The notes under the pieces were generated by a model. That model saw nothing but the letters and a program-made list of their open reading frames with translations. It was not told the origin of the DNA and searched no databases. A program made the position numbers and the translations under genes. A stretch of DNA of 64,000 bases from Pecten maximus (lineage: Eukaryota). Shown here one piece after another: positions 39,462-53,753 of the stretch (within the stretch, counting starts at the first letter, position 1; every line of letters starts with the position of its first letter). Location: NCBI RefSeq assembly GCF_902652985.1, contig NC_047033.1:4402001-4466000 (forward strand), written 5' to 3'.

Positions 39462-40682
39462 ACATATTCACACTTATAGCAGCGAGGGCGTGCTTCCCCA
39501 CGTTTTGGAGAACATAAATACATTTGTAAGACAAAAACAAACCAATTATAGTCAGTTTCTTACTTACCATAGGTAAAATCATGTAAACAAATAGTTACTT
39601 TCATTAGAAATAGAACATACTAGTAATCCAGCATCGCTCTCCGTACGTTTACAGCAAACCGCGGTTAAGGGAATGATTCCGAAGTCAATGAATTGAATGT
39701 TTAATTATTATCATAAATTTATCAAGACCTCATAACATGGATGTTATATTTTTGTCATGTGTAATTACGTTGATTATAATGTTAGCACTAGAAACGTATA
39801 TTATTTGACACCCGACACCTCACGCCTGGATGGCTACTGATAAGAAATAAAATACAAGCCGCATTGGCTACCTTGTTAAAAATGACACCAACTGTACATT
39901 TTCATACCAACATGTTAAGTTTATCATGTCAAATCAGGGGAAAATTAGATTTGATAAAGGTGTGGCATTGAGTCTTATTTGAGTGGAAATCGATATAAAC
40001 ATTAAAAGATAATGAATGATACAAGTAGATACGGCGATAGGTTGAGTTTGACGAGCTTCATCATTAACTTGTGAATTGTTACATCCCTATTGTATGAAGT
40101 TGCTGTAGATATTATGTGTATATAAAGTGTATGAATCGTAAGGAGTGTGGATTGCGTTCGATATTTCTTTGTTTCCATGTAAACAAACTGAATATACATA
40201 TATATTTCCCTGCAATAGTTCCCCGATGTTGATTTTTCAAATACAAACCCTTGTCGTCCTGTAACTACAAACACACACCCCTGTTTCCCTTACATATTTC
40301 AGTTTTGTTAAAGACCGAGTTTGAATACTTATATCAATGCAAAACAATAGTAGCTTAAACCGATATCAATATCATGTGAACATAGGCATGCTTACCGTGT
40401 ACTATTTTGTCCTGGTTATTGATGGAATTAAAATATTAAAACAACACATTGATATGTTAATTTCAGAACTCGGTACATTGTATCACATAATCTGTCAACA
40501 TGATACCTTATGGGTATTATATTTGTTAACAGCGAAACAAGGAAGATAGCACATGACCATGTTATTGTAAACCACTGGCCTGACTGATAAAAACTTCCGT
40601 ATATTTGTATGAATAAGAGTATCTATCTAGCGACAGCACTGATTATATATTCTATCTAGCAAAACTATCTATCTATTCATCT

Positions 40683-41454
40683 TGTCACGCAGTTATTGAT
40701 TACATAATTATTCATTGTGTATATAATTGGTCTGCATATTATTAGCCTTGGCTCGTGGGCATAATTGAAGTTGTATTTAAGTGGCTAAGTTGTCATAGAC
40801 AATTGTTTTGGCTGGGGGCTATATATTAAAATGACCGTGTGAATTCTTGTGGGGGAAGTCTCGTCTGTGACATAAGTTATCGGCAAGGCCCGGATGTGCT
40901 GACCTTTGGGTTAATTTTAGCAGGCCTTATGCATAACATTCAGTCTGAGGTTATCCTCGTACAGCCTCGTTTCAGTGTGCCAAAGTGGACACTTATAGTT
41001 AAGGGAGTTTGGAGAGAACTGTCTTGCGGAAGTCGGGCAATCAGACAGTAAAGCTGAGTTCTGAAATTGGGACCGTTAGAGTAGTGGTTAGGAGTGAGGA
41101 GACTTTAAGGTGGGTTAAGAATTGAGAGCAGTGATGATAGATCGTATAACTAGGATAGAATAGTATAGTATATAAGTATTACCTGGTTAATATAGTGTGT
41201 ATAATTTTAAATAGTGTCGGAGAACAACTGAGAATATGAAGCAACACGTTATAGAGATATATATTAAAAACTGGTGTGGAGTGCGTGGATATTACTTGAT
41301 GGATTAACATGAGTTATGGTGTTGTATATAAAATGAAAATATAACCTTACATTTTTTTGTTGGATTTATTTTGAACTGATTGAAGCGGATTGATAAAATT
41401 GCAATTTAAAATAGACGTAAGTCTGTTGAACAGCTGAGGGATACGTTTGTGACA
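40683..41454. mobile_element. Candidate solo LTR
   Basis: ~770 bp bounded by TGTCAC...GTGACA, with a TATA-like motif near 40820. It begins where similarity to the paralogous region near 50850 ends. No clean TSD is visible. Confidence 0.45.
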
Positions 41455-42624
41455 TATAAAAGACGTAACACTGTTGATTACAGAGGGATACGATTGTTAT
41501 ATATCAATGACGTTACACATTAAAAGACGTATCAAAACGACATGAATTGTACTGTTCAATTTTATTACAAAAATAGTTATTCGCCTCTGCGGTGACAATC
41601 TTTAGTCAGTAATATAAGTACAACGCTCTTGAGTAATTACTTGGTTATGCTGGCCCTAACGGAAATTATGTGGTTTAAACTACGGAAATACTAACTGAAA
41701 ATTACTATTCTGATTAATCCTTATAAATAAAGTACATACTCAAATTATGCTCAGGGATTTTAAGGTTTTAAACACTTAGCAAAAAGTAGTTTACATTTCT
41801 ATAAATGTGGCTGAAGGATTTTACGAAAAACTGACTTTTTGAATTTATCATAGAACAAAGGTTACTCTTTTCTACTAGAACGTACACTTTTTCGAAGGAG
41901 CTCAAGATAAAATCTCGCTTGTTAAGTCTGTATTTCCCCTCATTTTATAGAATTGAAATTACACTTTTGTGTTTTATATTGTTTCCGTGTCAATTAGACA
42001 TGTAACGTACACAGTACACACACTCACAAAATAACTGCCACAATTAAAATTGTTCCACAGTCAAACTATATATTAAAATTCAATAATCATTCTTAAAACT
42101 ATAGTAGGAAGTTAAGACCATTTATAGCGTTTCTTGATTTTGCCTGATAAAAGCTAAGAATATCACCATATAACAAAAATCGCAATTCTAAAAGAACATC
42201 AAGGATTTACGAATTCAAATATGAACGAAATCATCAAAGAAAGCCATCATATTAACGTAGGAACAATTATCGATAAAGCGAGGTCCAAACATGAACGAAA
42301 ATATAGATTATGATGGAGACCAATGAAAAGAGACAATTGGAATAAGACCAGGTACTCCAGTATAGTAAGCGTCTTCAGTTTTATTGAAAACAATCAAACG
42401 CCATACAAATCTAGGTCAAATCTGGGTTAAGTAGTTGAATGTATTGACATCGAAAAGAAGAAAGGAAAATACATTTATCTGTTCTTCTTTCGACATACCA
42501 ACAAAATACCGCCTTTCTGAACAACACATAATGCAATCCTAACAATTAGTAAGAGTGTATGGTAACAATAGGTTCAGTTATATGATTATATATAATCCCA
42601 TTACTAGAAAAACAGAAAGATAGA

Positions 42625-42770
42625 AAACCGAAAAATAAAGAAATTAAAACTCAAGCTCAAATCCGATAAACCTACAAAATAAAGAAATTAAAACTCCAAC
42701 TCAAATCCGATAAATCGACAAAATAAAGAAATTAAAACTCCAACTCAAATCCGGTAAACCGACAAATATG
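42625..42770. repeat. ~45-bp tandem repeat, 3 copies
   Basis: aaaataaagaaattaaaactc.a.ctcaaatccg.taaa repeated. Confidence 0.8.
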
Positions 42771-43160
42771 AACATTAATATATATTTGCATGGATATCTT
42801 TGAAAAAGTACCCGGGGAATAAGAACAGGCAGTGACAACATAACCACTTATTATATCAATAAACATCAGACACGGCTGACTTCAAATAGCACAAAGAATT
42901 GTAATATTTTCAAATGATGTTCTCTGACGTCATAGCGAATAAGGAAATAAAATATATCTAAATGAGATCAGGATGCTATCGACTTCATATCGCTTCAGTA
43001 AAATACCCCCCATAGATTTACAGTAGTATTCGTATCAGAAAAAATACGGCGACAGTAAAAAACGTCCTGTTGCATTTAAGGCATATAAAGTATACACACT
43101 GTGTATTATAAATCCTCTTTTGGAAATCATACAACGCAATTGTTTAAGTGAGATAGCATA

Positions 43161-43210
43161 TCACATGACCGGATGTTTGAGATATTCGGCAGACTCCCGA
43201 TAATTCAGTT
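43161..43210 (+). promoter_or_regulatory. Candidate core promoter of paralog C: TCACATGA + CCGGATGT + TCAGTT
   Basis: Paralogous to 30925-30971. Confidence 0.5.
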
Positions 43211-43468
43211 TACGATGTGTCTGTATATTTACTGCTGTGAATACTTGTAGAGGTTTAAATTACTTCGTAGGGATATAGATACACAGTTTATGTTGTGGAC
43301 ATTGGAACTAGAACACTCCACTTCTGTATACATCCTACGTTATGATCATTTTCATATCGTGACAAACTGTATTTGTCGTTTAAAGTGAGGAATTGACATC
43401 ATAACCTTCCTGTCAATTTCCATGTCAGTAGAATCCTGTGTTTGATACCTGGAATCATTACACCAGCT

Positions 43469-46400
43469 ATGTCTTTCTCTAGACAAGCGGGAAAGCAATA
43501 TCCTGGACATGAATTACCTGTTGAATTTTCAGATATTCCACCGCCGCTCCCTCCGCGAAAACCTTTAGCCAGTCGAGTACAGCATTTGGTAAAACAATAT
43601 GAACCCGATCAATTCAAATGCAGGTATGTACGTTTTTTTGTTTTTGTTTTTATAAAAAGATGGTCAATAAATAAATAAAGGTTAATAAATAATTGATTGC
43701 CTCCCAATGGAGCTTTACCGCATCCTGTCACTATATTTGATATGTAAGCGATTACTTCTTCAGAGAAAGTCGGTGTCGCAGAGATGCATTTTCATACTGT
43801 GAGTGTTCTTCTTGTGACAAACTGTGTTCTTTGTCGGTGGTATATTATCTTCAGATGATGGTTATTGAATTACTGGATCAAACATAATACTGATGTTACT
43901 GAGATGTTTAATAATTTAAAATGTTATCACAATAGCTGCGTATCCTTAAGGTAACAGAGATTAAGTAATTATTACTAATACATGTACATGTATTAATATG
44001 GATTAACTAGATAAGTATTTTCCTTATTTTTAATCTCTGCATCTTGTTACCATATTGCGTACCTACAGTATGTAAAGTTATAAACATACTCCCCTGTAGA
44101 GACCTAAATACTTTGGTAGACCGTGGTCACTTATATCATACTTTGAACTTAACCTGCTAAAGTCTACAATGGTTAATTATCAATAAAACAACTTAGAATA
44201 CCAATGAGTAGTTGTAAACCTGCTTTATTACTTGATTACTTAGGTCCCCCGAATTGTTGTTATAAACAGGTTTGCCATCAGGAAAGTAATGACATATGCC
44301 TTCCTTAGGTTTATTTCAACGAGTCTGATATCAGGAAAGTAATGAGTAATGTCACCTGAAATTTGATCTAAACATGTTTTATAACAGAAAAACAATTGCT
44401 TAGGTCCCATTGTGTCTAGGGACCGTGGTGGCCGAGTGGTTAAGGTGTCCCGACACTTTATCACTAGCCCTCCACCTCTGGGTTCCGAGTTCGAAACCTA
44501 CGTTGGGCAGTTGCCAGGTACTGACCGTAGGCCGGTGGGTTTTTCTCCTGAAACACCTGCTTTCATCCACCTCCAAACCTGGCACGTCCTTAAATGACAC
44601 TGGCTGTTAATAGGACGTTAAACAAAATAAATCGACCAAACCCATTGTTCTGATATAAACATGTGATATTCGTTTGCAATGCGCTCTTCTCATTCTTTCT
44701 GCGGTTTTATTTCATACAGAATTGCAGAATTGTTGATGAGCTCTTCCAACGATGATGTCACTGATTCATCAACGACAGACTCATTTACCAGCCTTATATA
44801 TGATTTCGACATTGCAGAATGCTCACTTATGAATATTAGTGACAGTTCGGAAAACGATTCTGATATCGAAATAGACACGGATTTACCAAATACTCTTGAC
44901 GATTATTTTGAAAATGATATGTTTCGATCGGATCCAAAGAATTTTACACCAGAATTTCGTGAGGAAATTACAACACAGAGTAACAAGGTACCCATTATGA
45001 CGGAAGAGACAAATTTCAAATTTCAACCTCATCCTACAACAGACTCTCTACAGTTGTCAATGTCTAATTTACCTGAAATGGAAAAGCCGGAAGGCCCCAG
45101 AGGGCTAAATCACTACTTCCGACAAGACAGTATTTTCCATGTTAACCATGAGGCGCCTCACAGGAACAAAACAGACAATGAAGCGTCACATGGGAACAAA
45201 GCATGCAACTTTCAGAATAACGTAAATGAATCTGAAGACAACAATAGTAATAATTGTGAAATTGGAAACGCTGCATCTTTTGAAAGCTATGGAGGATACC
45301 AGGATACTCCAAGCGCATATGATATATATCTAGAGAAACTCAGGGAATTTGAACTAGAAAGGAACAAACTAGAACAGCTTTTGTGGAATAAAAACAACGC
45401 ACAGAATCTTGCAACTACTAGTCACAGGAAGTTGTCCTCTCAGCGATCTGTCAGTGAAAGCAACGTTTTTGAGTCGGTAAATTGTGAAGATATCCAATTA
45501 AATCAGTCTCCTGATGAAGACCGTTCAAACCAAAATGACAAATTTGAAATGGCACAATTATTAAGCACAGACGACATCCAAATCAAGACCCGATGTAATA
45601 AAGTCAAGCACGGTGCGGTTGGCATGACAAAATTTCCTAGCCTTGAACATATCACACTCAGGGCTAAAGCACCTTGGACTAATATGAAAAATAGTGAACC
45701 ATCGACAAAGCATGAAATCAATGTAAATGCACGTGCGGAACTGTCATGCCCATGCCATTTGTCGTGTAGGCGTGTTGGAAGGATAGTTGCTACACATGAT
45801 GGTCAGATATGGGTATCCTTCACTAAATGTTCTTGGGTGACCTTGTATAACCTGCGACATGTGAGCGAATTTACGGTCAATACTCATAGTGGTTATGTGG
45901 ATAGTCTTGCAGTATCAAAGACCGGATGTCTCTTCATAGCCTGTCCTCTACAGAGAAGGATTCTTAAACTGTCAAAAAACAAGAAGGTATGCTTTGATAC
46001 ACTTTTACAATAATCATTTGCTTCTTTCTTTAGAACAAGTTGATTTGTTTTATTAACATAAACTTAAATAAATTATCCAAGTGACGCAACGGAAAGTATA
46101 TTTGTGCTTTGTCAACGACCACAACTCGATCATCAGACCGTATATTGTGATGCGTAAAATCATGACGGTATTTTTGTTCCCGACCCATTTTGACCCCCTG
46201 GAAGAGAAAAAGAACATGTATAATTTGGTTTTGTTTCACTTGCTTGTTAACGAGTGACGCACGTAATTATAGTGTTATCACACCGAAATACAGTACCACA
46301 ACGGACTTCAGGCGAGCCAGTCCTAAAATTTGTTCATTATTGTTGTAAAGAAGAAATTATGACAATTGTGGTAATTTGTTTAGATTATGGCAGATCTTCC

Positions 46401-49400
46401 ACCATGTAGGAATTGGTCCTGATATTATCGATTGCAAATTACGATGTCATTAAATATATTATAGATTCTAGCGGTTACTTATCGATACTTATCCCTATTT
46501 GTTTGTGTTGCTATTTCTAAGATATATACACTCTTTTTATAACAAACTCTGTCAATGAATTCGGGAGATATCAACAGACGTTTGAAGACTACATCCCGTT
46601 TATGCTAACTGCATGCTTCTTGTGAAAGCGAAAGTGATGCTGAATTTAGCGATGCTCGCTCACTCTAGGATACTGCCGAATACTGCCAGCAGGACAATAC
46701 ATCCGGTCACAGTATACTAAAAATAGGCGAACCAATCTTTCCATTCTCAAAATACGGTGTAATAAGCATTATGGGGGATTAGCAAGTGAGATAGGGAGAC
46801 TGGCATGTATCGGGAAGGGAAACGTGAGGACGTATGCTCTAATATTTCGTAACATAGGTTTTTAGAGCGCTCATTAGTCAAAGGTCGATTATGAAATGAA
46901 ATATGGAGATAGGTAAGAAAGAAATTAATTTTATGTTTTTTGCGATCACAATTGCTCCACGCATGGAGGTCAATAACAACCGACCAATCAGATCGTGAAT
47001 AACATAAAATTATTTGCGAGATGGCGATCGAAGTACCCCAGATATTTATAGGCAAGGAAAACCAAACAGGTAAAAGGGGCGAAGTGTAGCAATATAAATA
47101 AGTTTGTTTTGGTCTAATATTCGACTTTAACATTTCTTATGGAATAAGGCATCTAATGTTCGGCTTATCGAATAGGCCTTTTAAAATATTCTCGATCGTG
47201 CACGACTTAAGAAAAATTGTCTATTAATGAAGTTACGAGACTGCCTATGAAAGTTTCACCTCTCTCTCTATTTTGTCATAATCGACGTTTGACTAATGAA
47301 CGTGCTAAACACCAATGAAAAAAAAAGTTGTATAGAAAGAAAAGAAAAAATAATATCCCTTTAGTTGCCTTTTACAAATCAAGGAAAACTGGTAACCGGT
47401 ATAATTCTTACAGCTAAGCTGCAGGTATGATGCATATATTATGATAATTAAGATTAAAACAAAAACATTACTTAATTAACTTAATTATCTTTAGTTCTAG
47501 TCATGATTTCATGCAATGTTAGTTTAAGAAAGTAATTAAAAAAGCAAAACATAATATGCTGTCGTTTTTTCCATCCTTCCGACCGTCAGAATTTACATAA
47601 TAATGAAAAACATTAATTTTCTCTTATTATCTTTCAATTTGATCATAAATTACAAAAATATTTTCATTACGATGTAATAATAAAATACTAGGATAATAAT
47701 CTCTGCTTTGAAATAGAAACATTCGTCTAAAATGATATCCTAGGTAATTATTATCTGCAATTTCGTCGAAAAACTAATAAACGTTGAAATTGAGTATCTA
47801 AGATATAGTATGCAAGGTATTTGTTTAATTCATTTATTAATTCTGTCAGTTTTTCTTTGAACTTTGGACATGCATTTTTCAGATGTATTGTAGACCCTAC
47901 AACTTATCGAAGCTACACTTTAGTTTACATGGTACAACTATTGATAGACATTATGTTTGGATTCATTATATATTAAACAATGTTTTATTGTCAGTTTATA
48001 CCATATGATAGTATCTACAATGTACAACAATCAAAAGTAGGTCGGATGTTTGTATCTATATATATACAAGAACACACCTTCTTCCTGTTAGAGTATCTGT
48101 TTCTTCATATATATGATAGAAAGGGCAAAGATTACAGCAATATTTCAACCATGACAATAATATCTGGACAATCAAATATATCGTCTGGCTTGACGTTGTT
48201 TTACGTTATATTGACACAATAATGTCATTTATAGACGATGTAAATGAAGAATGGTGTCATCATACTAGCCAAACCTGGAAACAGTCGTGTAACATCCGAT
48301 CCTGTCATATTATACTATCAACAGGACCTTATCGCCTAACTGACGAACTCTTTTATAGTACCATCGCCAGGAAATGTCACAGCTGGGGCCAGTTTTATCA
48401 GTATTCCTTGCAGAATTTAATGAAGGTTTATTCGCTTAATTTTAAGGAATGTTGATGAAAATATTGCCAGTTATTTATAGTATGACACGCAAATTCATCA
48501 AATTATACTGACAACGGGTAACATGACCTTACATCCTTTTTAATGATCTACGTCAAGCAAAGAACAGGAAAAACCAAATTTATAAATTTAGTTTAAGTAT
48601 GTTTAAATATATATTGTTATTTATTCAGTATTTAACGCAACACATGCTAAATCACAACCTGAATATAGTTGTCGCCGGATTAACCCTTCAATATCTTTTT
48701 ATTTTATTTTATTTAGATTAAGCATGTGTTACATTTGATAGTGAATAAATAATGATGTGTGTTTAGTCTAGTCTGACATGCTCAAACTAAAATGGAGATA
48801 TAAGGAATCCAACATAAAGAAGTTCCAAAATTTACTTACTGAAATAATTTCATCTTGAATTAAAACTTATTTTGCATCTTTTTCCTATTCTTCAGTTGAC
48901 GGTACTCGGCGTCTTTGACTCACTGTATCCAAGAGGACTCGCGGTATCACCAGATGACGACACTGTCTTTGTCTGCATGGCGCCACATCTTGAGGGTCGC
49001 GAGATGGGTGCTCCTTCAAAGGACAGCTGTCTGATGCGCTTCGCGGGGCAGGAGCCAAACGAATCCCGGACAATTGTCAACATGGATAGCTATTTCGGAT
49101 ATCCGATGAAAGTAGTCATTAATGTGAATGGGGTTTTATTAGTGTCAGATTTTGGTTTGAAATGTTTGTTTGTTTTGGATAAAGGCGGACATATGTTGCG
49201 GACATTTTCCTTGTTAGGGGGAGCAGGTCTGTCTCAGGTTCATGCTCTTGCGTGTAACCCTGGTAACTCATTCTTCGTCGTCCAAGGAGGAAGTGGAACG
49301 CTTTCGATCACAGAACTAGTTGATGGCGACCTAGGGATATTTGAGGAGAAGTCGACATCAAAGAAGGATGTAAAATTGATAAAACGAAACGTTGTGACAT

Positions 49401-49471
49401 CGTCAATGGTAAACGCCCGTAAGATAGCTTTAGCATCTGGAAATGCTATCATATACGTTTCCCTCGTGTAA
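43469..49471 (+). CDS. Paralog C: disordered N-terminus plus NHL-type beta-propeller (3 exons, ~665 aa)
   Basis: Exons 43469-43623 (CAG|GTATGT), 44720-45986 and 48896-49471 have phases 2, 0 and total 1998 nt in frame. Close paralog of B. Confidence 0.85.
44419..44640 (+). mobile_element. tRNA-derived V-type SINE, copy 2 (paralog C intron 1)
   Basis: Highly similar to 12879-13099. Flanked by CCCATTGT at 44406 and 44641, a probable TSD. Confidence 0.88.
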
Positions 49472-52400
49472 ATATTGACATGAGATACAGGACTGGATTG
49501 ATAAATCTTGGTAGCTTAAAGTCATTATCATTGTAAAATATCTAAGCTGTTGACAGAAAAATTGTATTTCATAAATCAATGGCAATGGTGATTTCGGGGG
49601 TGGTTCAGATCGCATTAGTAGGCCAATTTGCGTCTAAAAGAGATTTTGGTCGCTAAACACTTGAAACCAAATGCATAATGTACACTTTTCATAACCTAAA
49701 TATCTCAAACATGTTGCCACTGAAGCATGCATGTTTATCTCAGTAATATTTTACCGTCCCTTGGGAGTGCATTACTGACCGTTCTGCCCCAGTGTTCCGC
49801 ACCAGTTAATAACGATTAAGCCTACCTCTGTATCCCTGATCAGTCGGTCCTTGTTCCCGTTTTATTGTCAAAAAATTGAGCCATTTTAGTAACCACCAAC
49901 TGTCGTCATATCGGCTCGACTGTGTATTAAGATTTCATCCATGATCAAAGTTTGTTCCGGGAGACTATTCGAAAAATACCGACCTCTTAATCTATCAACG
50001 TTGTTCAATTAAATACAAACTAAATAACATGATGTTATTAATAATGAATAAAATTACTAACATGTTTATCATATTTTTAACATTTTCATGTACTATTTGT
50101 TTACCAAACGGTACTCGACAACAGGCTGTTCTAGTTGTTAAACCCAATATTGTAGCTGTCGGTAACGTTTCGATAGGCTCGATACCGTGCCATGATCATG
50201 GTGACAAGTCGTCTATTAGATGATATGAATACCAGGATCGCAATGTATATGTACATACATGGATGCGAATTGTACACATAGTATAAATATTCATCACAGT
50301 ACAACGACGACAGGAAATTCAAATATTTACCTTCAGATCATAAACACATAGTGTATATGATACATCGCGCTAATCATTTGATATATAACATAATAACACA
50401 AATGACGAAGGAAGACAATTTTTGACTCATGCCATGACCAGGCCTCGAACTCGCTATCTACGGCACCCTTTCGCCTAGCCAGAAATACCGCAGCTTAAAT
50501 CTTATTTATTTTATTGAAATTTTTAAATTTGATTTTGAATATCAATATCAATATGAATTAAGCATAGCTGAAACAGATAACACAGGCATGCTTATCGTAT
50601 GTTGGTTTTTTATGTTATAACCATATGATCATTTTTAAATAATGTAAATATTAATTTCAACACTCTGCATCACATACCCTTCCATCACATATATACATTC
50701 TACCTTGTAAGTATATCTTAACAGTGAAACAAGGAAGATCACACATGGTCATGTTGTAAATTTCTGGTGTGACTGATAAATACTTCCGCATATTTGTATA
50801 AATAACACTCCGTATATATCGCCAGCAACATTATTTATTCATTCATAGATATGAATTATCTTAGAAAAAATGTAGATATTGAGGTCTACGAAGTTTATCC
50901 GAAGAAGTATATCTCATTCAGCAAATATAATCTGCTTACTTTTCATGTAAACAATGAAACAATGTACAACATTTAGATAGTATACACCCTTGACCTATTT
51001 CCTGAGTAAATTTCCTCTTTCCTGAGTTATTTGTCCTTTTTCTGTATAAATTGTCCTTTTCCCTAAATTATTTGTCCTGAATGATAACATTTTTCATTGT
51101 GTATGAACAATTTTTTTTCTCGGGTCTAATGAGACAGTAGTTCGTTAAATCATAAATGTTGGTCTTCAAGCAATGTGTATGCATTCCAATGTTACAACAC
51201 ACTAACATAGGACAGTCACTAATTGATTATCAGTCAAACCATAATGAAGTCGACCATTGTTATCTCGTAGTAAGTGGAGTCATTAAAAACCTGGAGATGT
51301 TCCGAGTGTCCAAGGTAGCTAAATATCTTTCATATAGAAGTTCTGCTGTTGTAAATGATTTTTCTTCTAATTAAGCGAGGTCTTCCTATTATCAAAATTC
51401 AAGATAACGATTTTTGACATTTTGTTGTTAACAAAGGTTCATGTGTTAGAAAATGTCAGGTATGCTGTAAAAAAAACCTGGTTGGTAAGGACTCCCGAAC
51501 CACTAGATAACTCAACTGTGCCTCACCATAGGGACCAACCAATGAATTGAAAGAGACTTTTGAAATTCCCCTGTGTAAAGAAATTTGATTCAGGGATAAA
51601 ATGTTTGGCAGCCACTGATTGGCAAGTATATTATAAAGTTCTTACCATTTTCAAAATGGCTACCCAGGGAAAAGTTGGAGCTGAATAACCCATTTCTTTT
51701 TTAATAAAGTGTTCTATGAGACCCTAAACTTTTATTATAAATCATAATTGCCACATAGAATTCAAAAATGATATACTCCAAAAAATGTACACCAAAGTCT
51801 ATGGTAAAATAATTGGTTAGTTGGTCTCTATAGACCTACTTGGAATGAACTCTATTAACTTTTAAGTCATATAATTGTTTTCATGTCATAACTTTATAAT
51901 ATTAGTTGATCTTGATTCATGTATATGTTCTACAGCCTTATAGCTTGCTAGGTAGGGACTTTCCTAATCACTTGCTCTCTGGCTTATCGTGTTTTCTATA
52001 GATTATTCCCGGTTATGTATCTGATATTATGTCTTTTACAGAAATGTTAATATGATATTTGACACTCAAAGAAACAATTTTGTAATGTGTTTTTATAGTA
52101 AAAGGTTTATATTTGACATCCGATATATCTAGTTTTACACTATAGACGACCATGCCTTCATTATTTACCATTATGGTTGAATCTTGAAACTAGTTTTAAA
52201 TCAAAATATGTTTTCCTGTTTTTAATCTAAGACTACTTCATTTGGTAATAAAAAATAATCGAATAATCGCACCACTTGAATCATCACAAGGCTATCCTTG
52301 CTTTTACGAAAACTACGTATTTTTGATACGGAAATATCTACTGAAACTTACCAGTATGTTTGATCCGTATAAAAAAGTGCATCATCAACATATATCTAGT

Positions 52401-53753
52401 TTCTTAAGGGTTATAAACACATAGCAGATAACCTCAAAATTTTTATAAATATTTTTGAGGAGTGTTTACGAATTTTTGACATGTATTATGTTTCAGTTAT
52501 GTATAACATATATTCAGTCGACTAACTAAATTCACCATCCACCGGAGGAACTAAAGGAAACATTTTCGCTTATCGAATCAGTAGGAAGCAGCCAGCATTT
52601 ATCGCACTCAAATAATGCGTACACACATGAAAACCAAGGCAAAAATAGGAAGTTAAGGCCCTTAAAATAAACCAGACGGCGACGAGGTAGGAAACAATTT
52701 TTGATAATCCAAGTTGGGTGATTTAAACTTAGAATACTAGCATGTAAACTAAATATGAACAAAAACAACAGAAAATAAAACCATATCAACAAAACCATAA
52801 CTCTTTTTCAAAATCAATAAGACAAGGGCAAAAAAATGAACAAAAATAAGCTTGAATGGAATATGAGAATAAGAGCACATGTTTCGCAACATCCGTAATG
52901 TCCTCAAAGTGAGAACCTGGGTAAAGTAAGGGTCTTTGATGTCTTGATGTACATAGTTAAGTTCTAATATTTCAGGCGGTGTAAATAGTTTTCGCGCATC
53001 ATTTCATTTAATACCATATCGTTATCATTAATTGAAACCAAATTTGAATTGAGAGGTACTAAAAACCCGTCACTTCATCACGTCGTCACTGATGATGTCA
53101 TTTATGTAGATATAATTACTTTCTGTTTGACGGACGCGAAGAAGTAACAAGTTTTTAGCCTCTCCTAATATTCGCATGAGGGATAGGAAAAAACGTTCTA
53201 AGAATTTACATCACGATTCTTGCTCATCACCCAGTGGAAAAACGCACAATTATGAAATGAATCACTTGGTGAGGAAAATGAAAGTAACGTTGCGTAGTTA
53301 GTGGTATTATTTTCAAGCTTTAATCCTGATGACATCAAGCACAAACTATTAAATTCATTTCCTTTTTAAAAAAAATCATCATACAACACAAGATCACAAA
53401 CTGAGTGAGATATACTTTTATGCTCTTAAATTCTTTCATGACTGCATTCAGAGAAAAGAAATCTGTATGAACTTAACATCTAACATTACTGACTTTGGTG
53501 GGATTTATATTTAATATCGACATAATGACTAATTTTTAGTGCATAACGGACTTTTTTCCGTGATACACTACGCCAGCGTATATCACTTATTTCTGAGGAC
53601 AGTACAGCGACACCGTTTTTCCTCAGGATTGTGCACTGAAAGATTGTCAGTTAAGAAAGGTTTTACCAAACATTCAAGGAAGATATAGAGGGCATTCTTA
53701 TCTTCTAACATATTCCGCAACCACCTCCTCCAAGGAAGAAATTGATAAATGCT

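Noticed and set aside
31380-49471. B and C as uncollapsed haplotypes of one gene
   Set aside because: The N-terminal exons, introns and TE content differ far more than expected for alleles, and only part of the last exon is near-identical.
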